62,285 nt of DNA, from assembly GCA_023129115.1 (NCBI GenBank), contig JAGMCR010000008.1, positions 1 to 62,285 of the forward strand. The letters run 5' to 3'. Below the pieces are notes generated by a model. It searched no databases. It had not been told where the DNA came from and was given only the letters and a program-made list of their open reading frames with translations. Of the stretch, positions 1 to 7,361 are shown one piece after another. Each line of letters begins with the position of its first letter. Position 1 is the stretch's first letter. The translations under genes and the position numbers were made by a program. Source of the DNA: Candidatus Iainarchaeum sp. GTDB lineage: Archaea; B1Sed10-29; WALL01.

Positions 1-44
1 ATGATGGCAGCTCCCCATAGACGGGTGCCACTCCCAACTGGGGT

Positions 45-785
45 TTAGCCGGTAATCTCTTCGTAGAGGCCTTCTGCCTTCACTCCCAGCTTCTTGAAGT
101 ACTTTTCCACGTTTTCGCAGTCGCGGCGCAGGAACTGGTCTGCCTTGGGGTGGCTTAGGGGGACGCCCTGGCCGATGTCAATCATCCACGGCTTTTCCTG
201 CCACCAGAGTACGTTGAACTCGCTCAAATCGGCGTGGACGATGCCTGCCTTGTGCAGCTTCTTCATGTCTTCAGCTACGAGGCGGTAGACCTGGGATGGC
301 TCGTCTAGCTCGACGTCCTTCAACAGAGGCGCGCCGAATTCGTTGCCGATAAACTGCATAATGAGTATGTTGTTTAGGCTGAAAAAGGGCTCTGGCACCC
401 TGCAACCGGCCCTGTGGCTGGTCTGGAGGTTTTTGAGCTCTTTTTGGCACCACGCCAGCACAATATGCCTTTTCACGGGCCTGACCCGCTCGAACCGCTT
501 GTCGCCCTCGATGTAGTCCCACATGGACTGGAAGTTGCTGGTCTCAATCCGGTAAATCTTGTACGCCCGGACATTGCCCTCGCGGTCCCAGCCCTTGAAC
601 ACGTTCGCCTCCTTTCCCGTGGAAACAACGCCCCCCAGGAAATCCAGGTGCCCCCTCCGCGCCAATTTCCAGACAGTGTCCGCCGTGAACTCGTCGAACA
701 CTTCTTTTTCTATCTTCCGCTGCTCAGCGCCCTTATCGCGGCCCTTTTCCCGGAGGAACTTGTCCTCGAACCTGTCCCAGTCCAC
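45..785 (-). CDS. rio1: RIO1-family serine/threonine kinase
   Basis: STGKEANVF P-loop, WCQKELKNL, HADLSEFN catalytic loop, IDIGQ, FLRRDCENV. Confidence 0.95.
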   Translation of the reverse strand: MDWDRFEDKFLREKGRDKGAEQRKIEKEVFDEFTADTVWKLARRGHLDFLGGVVSTGKEANVFKGWDREGNVRAYKIYRIETSNFQSMWDYIEGDKRFERVRPVKRHIVLAWCQKELKNLQTSHRAGCRVPEPFFSLNNILIMQFIGNEFGAPLLKDVELDEPSQVYRLVAEDMKKLHKAGIVHADLSEFNVLWWQEKPWMIDIGQGVPLSHPKADQFLRRDCENVEKYFKKLGVKAEGLYEEITG

Positions 786-852
786 GCGTGCAATTATGGC
801 GGCAGCCCTTTAAAAGTGCACCGAAATGTATATATTTTGCATTGTTCAAAGT

Positions 853-1050
853 ATGGGCATGCCTCCACCGACTCGAATGCACCTTGACGAGTTCATGTAC
901 TACAAGTGCTATGACTGCGCGAAAAAGTATACTGGGCAGCTGCCGGACGAGTGCTCTGCGTGCGGCTGCAGGGACTTTGACCTAGTCCTTGGCGCGGACT
1001 GGGACATCTTTCACGGCGGTCCTAAAGTGCTGAAGGAAGTCCGGCGCTAG
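853..1050 (+). CDS. Small zinc-ribbon protein
   Basis: CYDC...CSACG cysteine pairs; ATG at 853 follows a TATA-like TATATAT at ~829. Confidence 0.6.
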   Translation: MGMPPPTRMHLDEFMYYKCYDCAKKYTGQLPDECSACGCRDFDLVLGADWDIFHGGPKVLKEVRR

Positions 1051-1138
1051 ACTAGCAGCCCTTTTTCGCTGGTAGCGAAAAAGCGCTGGCGGATGCAGCG
1101 TTGCTCGCCATTGCGGGCGAGCACTGGCGCCTTCGGCG

Positions 1139-1357
1139 CTAGAGCAGCTTTACTGTGTTTTCCCTTCCCCGCGGCTCCCGCTTCGCGACCCCTTTTTCCT
1201 CGAGCGAGCGCATTACCTTGTTGAACTTTACGGGGTTCATCCCCGAGGCAGCCAGCAACTCTTTTTGCTTCGTCTTCCCCTGCTTCAGCAGGGACACTAT
1301 TTTTTCCTCGTCTTCGCCGAGCTTGGGCTTGCCCAGAATCTGCTCAAGAATTCCCAC
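1139..1357 (-). CDS. Small winged-helix DNA-binding protein
   Basis: EEKIVSLL..KQKELL..MNPVKFNKVMRSLEEKGVAKREPRGRENTVKL wHTH pattern; GTG start at 1357 chosen. Confidence 0.75.
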   Translation of the reverse strand: MGILEQILGKPKLGEDEEKIVSLLKQGKTKQKELLAASGMNPVKFNKVMRSLEEKGVAKREPRGRENTVKLL

Positions 1358-1415
1358 GCCTTCACAAACCACGTGCAGCAATAAATATTTAACCTTGCTC
1401 TTCGTTGAGTCCAGC

Positions 1416-2156
1416 ATGTACGTCACGATAGGCGGCCTGCGGCCGCTCGGCAAGGAAGCCGTGTGGGTGTTGTTCGGCGGGTGCAACTGGAAGTGCCCGT
1501 ACTGCTACGAGAAGGACATCCTGGACAAGGAGGGCTGCAAGAAGAGCAAGAAGTGCAGTGTGCTGAGCATCCGCGAGCTCGTGGGCGCTTTGCTGCAGGC
1601 GAAGCCCAAGCTGGTCAGGATTGGCGGGGGAGAGCCAACGGAGCAGCCCCGGGAACTCGAGCGGCTCTGCATGTACCTCAAGGGCCAGGGGGTCAGTGTG
1701 CAGCTGCACACGAACGGCTCGCACCCCGAGGTCGTGGGCGACTTGCTGACCAAGAAGCTAGTGGACATGATTTCGATTGACGTGAAGGCGCCGCTGGACA
1801 ACGAGCGCCTGTACAAGAAGATGACCGGCGGGTTCGGCAATCCCCAGCCGGTGCGCGAGTCGATTGACATCGCGCGGGACAAGGCGGGCTACTTCGAATT
1901 GGTCTATCCCGTGGTTCCTGGCGAGAACGACAAGAAGAAGTACGTTACCGCGATTGCCAAGGACGTCTATTACTGCAACTCGTTTGTAGTCCATGGCTTT
2001 GACAAGCGGCGGCCCATTGTGAGCGAGGCGTGGTACCGCCGCAAGCAGGTGCCGAAGCACGAGGACTTGAAGAAGCTCGCCGTGGCGGCGCGGGACGCGT
2101 TCACGAACGTGGACTCTGTGCGCGTGATTTCGCACGAGGGAGAAGAAGAAATCTAG
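1416..2156 (+). CDS. Radical SAM activase-like protein (NrdG/PflA family)
   Basis: GCNWKCPYC (CxxxCxxC), GGEPT, HTNGS, IDVKAP; start moved to ATG 1416. Confidence 0.88.
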   Translation: MYVTIGGLRPLGKEAVWVLFGGCNWKCPYCYEKDILDKEGCKKSKKCSVLSIRELVGALLQAKPKLVRIGGGEPTEQPRELERLCMYLKGQGVSVQLHTNGSHPEVVGDLLTKKLVDMISIDVKAPLDNERLYKKMTGGFGNPQPVRESIDIARDKAGYFELVYPVVPGENDKKKYVTAIAKDVYYCNSFVVHGFDKRRPIVSEAWYRRKQVPKHEDLKKLAVAARDAFTNVDSVRVISHEGEEEI

Positions 2157-2164
2157 GTGGTAAA

Positions 2165-2509
2165 ATGGTTGATGAAGAAGAAGGCCCCAAGGCAAAGCTC
2201 ATGAGGCGGGGCATTGATGTGGCGACGCTTGACGCCGGCAAGGCGGCCCGCCTTGCGGGGATGACTGACTTTTCTGGGATTCCTAGGCGCAGGAAGGTTG
2301 CTACCACGTTCAAGAAAGAGTTGACCCAAAAGCCGGCTGGCATACCTGAAGTCTCACCCGCCACCAATATCAAAGAAGTCACGGCAAAGCTCAAGGAGAC
2401 CCCAGTTGACGTGCTTATAGGCCCGGGAGGCCTTCAGTTCGTCAAAAAGCCCGGCCAGAAAACGAAGTCCAAGAAAGACAAACTGAAAGAGCCCCACGTC
2501 AAGAAGTAG
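2165..2509 (+). CDS. Hypothetical basic protein
   Basis: ATG 2165 preceded by AGGTGG SD; follows the radical SAM gene. Confidence 0.6.
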   Translation: MVDEEEGPKAKLMRRGIDVATLDAGKAARLAGMTDFSGIPRRRKVATTFKKELTQKPAGIPEVSPATNIKEVTAKLKETPVDVLIGPGGLQFVKKPGQKTKSKKDKLKEPHVKK

Positions 2510-2510
2510 T

Positions 2511-3497
2511 TCACTCAAAATAGTCTTCGCTGCTCTTCAATTTCGCCTCTAGCCCCGCAATCCTTTTGTTGGCCTCGTTGATGGATGCCTTGCGCGTGAC
2601 GCCGTCGAGCTGCTGCTTCAAGAACTTGTACTCTATCCTCTTTATCAGGTCGCGCGTCTCCTTTATCTCGCGAATCAATGGCTCGCGCTTCCCTATCCAA
2701 ATCTTGTAGTTCCTGAAAGCGATTTGCTTGGCCGAGCTCGCGTTCAGCCCCTTGACGCGCAGCAGCCCCTCGGCCTTCTTCGGCGTCTTGCCCGCGTCGA
2801 ACTGGAGCATGCAGTACCTGTTGTAGTTCTCGACGCGCTCTTTCCTCGGGCGGTCGTACAATTTCGCGGGCCGCTCCACAGCCGCTTCTTTCTCCGCCTT
2901 TTCCCCAATGTCTTTTGGCGGCGTGTACTTTGGCCGCGGCGCGGGCACTGCCACGATGTCGCCGAGGTCGTCGATGTCGTACTCTTCGCCGAACTGCTGC
3001 TTGAGCAGCGTGAGGTCCTTGGCGCGCGACGGCAATGGCTTTTCTGCCCCGGCCTCTTCCCTTATTTTTTCTTCCATGCCTTCCTTGACGTCGTCCGGCA
3101 GGTCGGGCGCTGCGCCGGGCGTTGCCTCGAACTTGACTTTTTCCAGCCCTGCCTCGACGTTCGTCCGTTCCTCTGCGCCGATTGACGGAGCTGCGTCGAT
3201 GGGCTGCGCCAGCAGGGCCTCGAGCCCCCCGGTCTCGACGCTCATGCCCGCGGTCTCTTCCTCGTCCACTGTCTCGGGCGTGTCGACGCCCTTGACCCCT
3301 GCCTGGGGCGCCATCATGTCCTCGAGCTCGGTGTGCTCTCCCTCGCCGACTCCCGCGGCCTCGGGCTCTTCGCGGTGGCGGATGTGGTGGCGCTTGGGCG
3401 CCTCTTTCCGCCCGCCGAGGAGCTTCAGCGCCGCGACTAGCACAACTATTGCCGCAATCCCGCCGAAAAGCGCTTCGTCAGGTATGCCGAATACCAC
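2511..3497 (-). CDS. Hypothetical membrane-anchored protein (N-terminal TM, acidic linker, C-terminal coiled coil)
   Basis: ALFGGIAAIVVLVAAL hydrophobic segment; host-like codon usage; start approximate. Confidence 0.7.
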   Translation of the reverse strand: MVFGIPDEALFGGIAAIVVLVAALKLLGGRKEAPKRHHIRHREEPEAAGVGEGEHTELEDMMAPQAGVKGVDTPETVDEEETAGMSVETGGLEALLAQPIDAAPSIGAEERTNVEAGLEKVKFEATPGAAPDLPDDVKEGMEEKIREEAGAEKPLPSRAKDLTLLKQQFGEEYDIDDLGDIVAVPAPRPKYTPPKDIGEKAEKEAAVERPAKLYDRPRKERVENYNRYCMLQFDAGKTPKKAEGLLRVKGLNASSAKQIAFRNYKIWIGKREPLIREIKETRDLIKRIEYKFLKQQLDGVTRKASINEANKRIAGLEAKLKSSEDYFE

Positions 3498-3540
3498 GCT
3501 ACCGCTTACTGAGCGCTGGCTTAAAAACATTACCGCAGAT

Positions 3541-3720
3541 GCTAGCCAAAAAAGGTGTTGGCCCTTGCGGGCCAGGTAGAAAGGAGGGGGGTGGGAAGCA
3601 GCCCTTTTTCTGTTACTCGCTTGCGCTCGCTGGGTGGAAAAGCGCTGGCGGAAAAAAGCGTTGGCTAGTGAAGTAGGTACCGGCCCAAAGGCCGGAGATA
3701 GAAAGGAGGGGGTGGGGGGC
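3541..3720. repeat. Structured intergenic region with two hairpin + TAGAAAGGAGGGGG(G)TGGG units
   Basis: Units at 3577-3595 and 3699-3716, each adjacent to a GGCC-N-GGCC hairpin; CTAGCCAA (3542) and TTGGCTAG (3661) are inverted repeats. Confidence 0.6.
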
Positions 3721-3825
3721 TGTTAGAGACTTGCCCCCTATTTTACGCGAGGTGTTCCACAAAGATTTAGTTTACCAAGAGCAGCGGCAACGAATCCTGG
3801 TTGCTGTTCCCACCCCAGTTGAGTG

Positions 3826-4242
3826 CTATCGAGTCAGGAAATACACTTTCCTCCCGACCCGTGTTTTGGCGAGGAACCCGTCCTTCACCAGCGCGTTCAG
3901 GCGCGCGCTTGCGGCGTTCTTTCCCTTGTACTCGAACGCCGCCTGGACTTCTTCCGCGCACGCCTTTCCGGCGCCGCGGACGAACTCCAGGATTTTTTCG
4001 TCCTGTTCCGACAGCAGGGCTTCGCGCGTGTCGATGCCCTGCTTCTCCATTAGCTGGGTAAGCTTGTTGAGCTTCTTGTGAATGTCACGCAGCATCGTGT
4101 TGGTGAGCTTCCGTTCCTCCACGAGCCGGTGGATCATGGCCCCAACCACGTAGGGGTCCTTGAACTGCTCGATGTCGTACTTGACGTCCTTTGAGAGCTC
4201 TCCGTACTCTTCCGTTCCATAGAGCTCGGTCATTTTCGTCAT
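3826..4242 (-). CDS. Putative transcription regulator (coiled coil + C-terminal winged helix)
   Basis: LSEQDEKILEFV..AEEV..NAASARLNALVKDGFLAKTRVGRKVYF; GGTGA SD upstream. Confidence 0.75.
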   Translation of the reverse strand: MTKMTELYGTEEYGELSKDVKYDIEQFKDPYVVGAMIHRLVEERKLTNTMLRDIHKKLNKLTQLMEKQGIDTREALLSEQDEKILEFVRGAGKACAEEVQAAFEYKGKNAASARLNALVKDGFLAKTRVGRKVYFLTR

Positions 4243-4308
4243 GACTCACCAACGAACTGTCATGACTTAATCATGACACATATATAAGGGTTTCGGTTTC
4301 GTCATGAC
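4238..4308 (-). promoter_or_regulatory. Promoter (TTATATAT) flanked by four (G)TCATGAC palindromes, likely operator
   Basis: GTCATGAC at 4238, 4259 and 4301; TCATGAC at 4271; TATA at ~4280-4287. Confidence 0.65.
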
Positions 4309-4403
4309 TCAAAAAAGAACTAGTGATTCATTCGTTACTCCAACTTGCTTTAAATTCGTTTGGTTTTCTTGGCTTTGCACAAGAAATAAGTGCTGCACAA
4401 AAA

Positions 4404-4883
4404 TCAGGGCGTTTCGAAGTAGGCCGTCTTGGTGCTGGGGTTGAAATAGAACCCAAGGTTGTTTTCAACGAGAAAATCGCATCCTATGATTGGCGGGATA
4501 TTGTCAAGTTCGTTCATTTGCTTTCTACTAAGTTTTGTTGAAGTGGGGATTATGGAGGCTATTGGGTGTTTTATCGGAACGACATTTCCATCTTCATCAC
4601 GGAAGGAAAATTCTCCCTCCCCTAAGGGATGCTTAACAAACTTGAAGCCAGCCAATGTTAAGGACTCTCCTCTTTTTAGGGGCTTAGTTGGTATTTGCAT
4701 TCTCAAAACTTCCCTAGTTGACAATACGGTGAACGGACTTCCGGTGTCAACCAGCGCCTCCAAACGCACATGCCTCTGTCTGTACTTTGGCAAGCTGATA
4801 GTAAAAGATACAAATGGAGAAAGTGTATCTTTCACGAACTTCCTGACAGTACAAGGTATTTTTACGATTGTTCTCACGCTCAC
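4404..4883 (-). CDS. Retropepsin-like (clan AA) aspartyl protease
   Basis: ALVDTGSPFTVL and IIGCDFL motifs; lower GC. Confidence 0.8.
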   Translation of the reverse strand: MSVRTIVKIPCTVRKFVKDTLSPFVSFTISLPKYRQRHVRLEALVDTGSPFTVLSTREVLRMQIPTKPLKRGESLTLAGFKFVKHPLGEGEFSFRDEDGNVVPIKHPIASIIPTSTKLSRKQMNELDNIPPIIGCDFLVENNLGFYFNPSTKTAYFETP

Positions 4884-5119
4884 AGGATGAAGGAGACACT
4901 GCTGGGAGGCATTGTCTCCAAAAGTACTGTTCGTGGGTCAATCCCCTTTGACTGAAGCTTCTTCAGGAGATTCACTGTGTCGGTTCCGGATTCTATCACT
5001 TGCCTGTTTTTTACCGCGATTATCTTGCTCCCGTACTTCGCTTTAAGCTGGTTGTAGTTAGTAGTAACCCACTCGCTGTCCTCATTGGTTTCTTTTAGGA
5101 TTTGAACTACGCTCAGCAT
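4880..5119 (-). CDS. DUF5678-like small protein
   Basis: DSEWVTTNYNQLKAKYGSKIIAVKNRQVIESG pattern; overlaps the protease start by 4 nt. Confidence 0.75.
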   Translation of the reverse strand: MLSVVQILKETNEDSEWVTTNYNQLKAKYGSKIIAVKNRQVIESGTDTVNLLKKLQSKGIDPRTVLLETMPPSSVSFIL

Positions 5120-5223
5120 ATATACCCCTCGAGGCATATTGTTGCATACAAATATTTAAATGTAGCCCCATTCTGTTAAAACCCCCTCTATTGGGCATAC
5201 GCCGCTTCTACCTAAAGTCCGGC

Positions 5224-7338
5224 TCAGAAACAGTACTCCCCTGTTGCTTTCACAATCTTCTGCGAGGGCGAGCGCTCGCTTTCCTTCAGCACCACGCCAC
5301 TGAGGGGCAGGAATCCGAAGATATCAAACAGTGGCACGTTGTCTTTCGCGAGCCTGAGTATTTCCGATGGTTTTATGCGGAGCCTTTTCTTGGCCACGCG
5401 AATGTTGTGCTGGGCCTCTGCGTAGTACTTGCTTGATTCCGGGATTGTCTCAAGGATTTTTATTTGTGCCACCAATTCTTTCTTTTCGCGCTCGAGCCAC
5501 CCTGGGAATTGGATGAGCGTATTTGGATAGTATTGCGGCACCCGCTTCTTGTCAAGTATGTCAGCGGCTTCACCGAACTTTTCTTCTTCCACAAGCTTGT
5601 TAATTTGCTTGTTGTTGTACCTGCGTGCGCCTTTCTTGACGTTATCAATTAGTCCATTGTACTTTATCTCTCGATGCTGCCGCACTACTCTCACAGTCTT
5701 CTTCAGCTTTTTCGCGAGCCACTTCTCACCAATGCGGTTTTCTGTCCAGAGACGCGTAATCATTTTTTCGGGCCTTTCTCTTGTCGGCGACTTCGCATGC
5801 TCCCTTACTCTAGACATGAAGAACTTGTACTGCTTCGGCAGGAGCTGTTCCTTGTACTCCTTGAGAAGGCGCATGGAAGCCTGGAGCGGAAAAGTGAGGG
5901 AACTATCCGTGTACAACCCCCAAAATCTCCCGAACTTCTTATCAGTCAATGACGGGTGTTTGATGTATCGCTGCACCCTACGAACCGAGGGCCAGACAAA
6001 GAAGAACCTGCCCTTTGCCATTTGCATTTCTATATCTATCTTTGGATTGGAGGGGTGCTCTCCCCGCGAAATCATGCCCACAACTCTTTTGGCTTCCGCG
6101 TCGAGTGACGCTTCGACTGCCTTTTTTGGAAGCCTGCCGATGAATTCTTTTCGGTATCTCGGGTCTAAGTCCATATCCCAATGTTGATAGTCCTCGACAT
6201 CGCCGACGAGCTTTAGCGCGGCGTCAACCTCTTGCAATCGAGGAAAGTGAAGTATACACTTGAGGGGGATTGGCCTCCCATCTTCTTTGTTGAAGTCGAA
6301 TGTTTCTTTCGTGTCTGGGTCATAAAGCTTTATTTTTCCTTCTCCTTTGAACCGGAGTTTTTTGGCTTTGGCTTTCTGGCCGGTTCGGGTGTAGTAAGCG
6401 TGGAGGACTGAGTTTGCCTTCCAGTCGTCTGGGAGTATTTTCCGGGTAAGATTTTCCATGACTTTTTCGACTGGATCTTCCCACATGTTCCCAATCAAGC
6501 TGTCCCTTGGAGCATTTATCCATTGGCTGGCGTGGTCGCTTAAGGTGACGCGGCCATCCATGCCGACATAGAACCACATTCGGTGGGGATAAGCATGGTG
6601 GTACATGACCTCGGTGATTTGGAGTGGCCGGGGCTCTTTCCCGAGTTTCTTGAGCTGCTTGGGGTCGCCCTCCTTGAGCAACCCCTGTATGAAGAACAGC
6701 TTGGACGCCTGATGGTACTTGCCCTTGAGCCCATACTCATCCAAGAAGGAAAATAAGCGTGCCCCCCGTGCTATCCTTACGTTGTACCCTATTGTGAGGC
6801 CCAGCCTCTCCGCGGCTTTTTCGGCTGCTTGTATTCTCTCCTTGAGCTTGGGAATGTTTTTTTCGTGTTGTCTGTCAACACTCAGAATCAGCCGGCCGTT
6901 CTTGATGAAGTTCTTTGGGAGGCGGGACAAGGCCTTGTACGCGCCTTCCTCGTCAGGCGGGATAAAAGAGCCATTGCTGTTCACGCGCACTTCCGAGAAC
7001 GAGTCACCCGCCTTTTCTAGTATGTTGTATATCTCCGGGAGCAGGAACGGCTCGCCACCGCTTATGTGGAGAATGCCTTCCCTGCCCTTGAAGGCCTTTA
7101 TTACTTTGTACGCGCCTTTTATCTGCTTTTTTTTGTACGCCTCTGGCCCGCCAGGATACTCCCTCGCCTTTTTCACTATTGACTTGCGCAGCGGGGCATT
7201 GAAGCAATGAAAACAATTTGCGTTGCATAAGTGGGTCACGTCCATGAAAATGGGCGTGTCCTTGAACGAGCGGTGGACGCTGCCCAGCACATCAAAGAAA
7301 ACCGTGCCCCTCCCCTTCTTTTCCAGCTTTTTAGGCAT
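5224..7338 (-). CDS. Radical SAM domain protein with long orphan Lys-rich C-terminus
   Basis: CNANCFHC, SGGEPFL, NSNGS, LSVD. Confidence 0.85.
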   Translation of the reverse strand: MPKKLEKKGRGTVFFDVLGSVHRSFKDTPIFMDVTHLCNANCFHCFNAPLRKSIVKKAREYPGGPEAYKKKQIKGAYKVIKAFKGREGILHISGGEPFLLPEIYNILEKAGDSFSEVRVNSNGSFIPPDEEGAYKALSRLPKNFIKNGRLILSVDRQHEKNIPKLKERIQAAEKAAERLGLTIGYNVRIARGARLFSFLDEYGLKGKYHQASKLFFIQGLLKEGDPKQLKKLGKEPRPLQITEVMYHHAYPHRMWFYVGMDGRVTLSDHASQWINAPRDSLIGNMWEDPVEKVMENLTRKILPDDWKANSVLHAYYTRTGQKAKAKKLRFKGEGKIKLYDPDTKETFDFNKEDGRPIPLKCILHFPRLQEVDAALKLVGDVEDYQHWDMDLDPRYRKEFIGRLPKKAVEASLDAEAKRVVGMISRGEHPSNPKIDIEMQMAKGRFFFVWPSVRRVQRYIKHPSLTDKKFGRFWGLYTDSSLTFPLQASMRLLKEYKEQLLPKQYKFFMSRVREHAKSPTRERPEKMITRLWTENRIGEKWLAKKLKKTVRVVRQHREIKYNGLIDNVKKGARRYNNKQINKLVEEEKFGEAADILDKKRVPQYYPNTLIQFPGWLEREKKELVAQIKILETIPESSKYYAEAQHNIRVAKKRLRIKPSEILRLAKDNVPLFDIFGFLPLSGVVLKESERSPSQKIVKATGEYCF

Positions 7339-7361
7339 TGAATAAGCGACGCATTTGCGGG

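Noticed and set aside
1155-1415. N-terminal extension of the radical SAM ORF
   Set aside because: Overlaps the opposite-strand wHTH gene; the family domain begins at ATG 1416.
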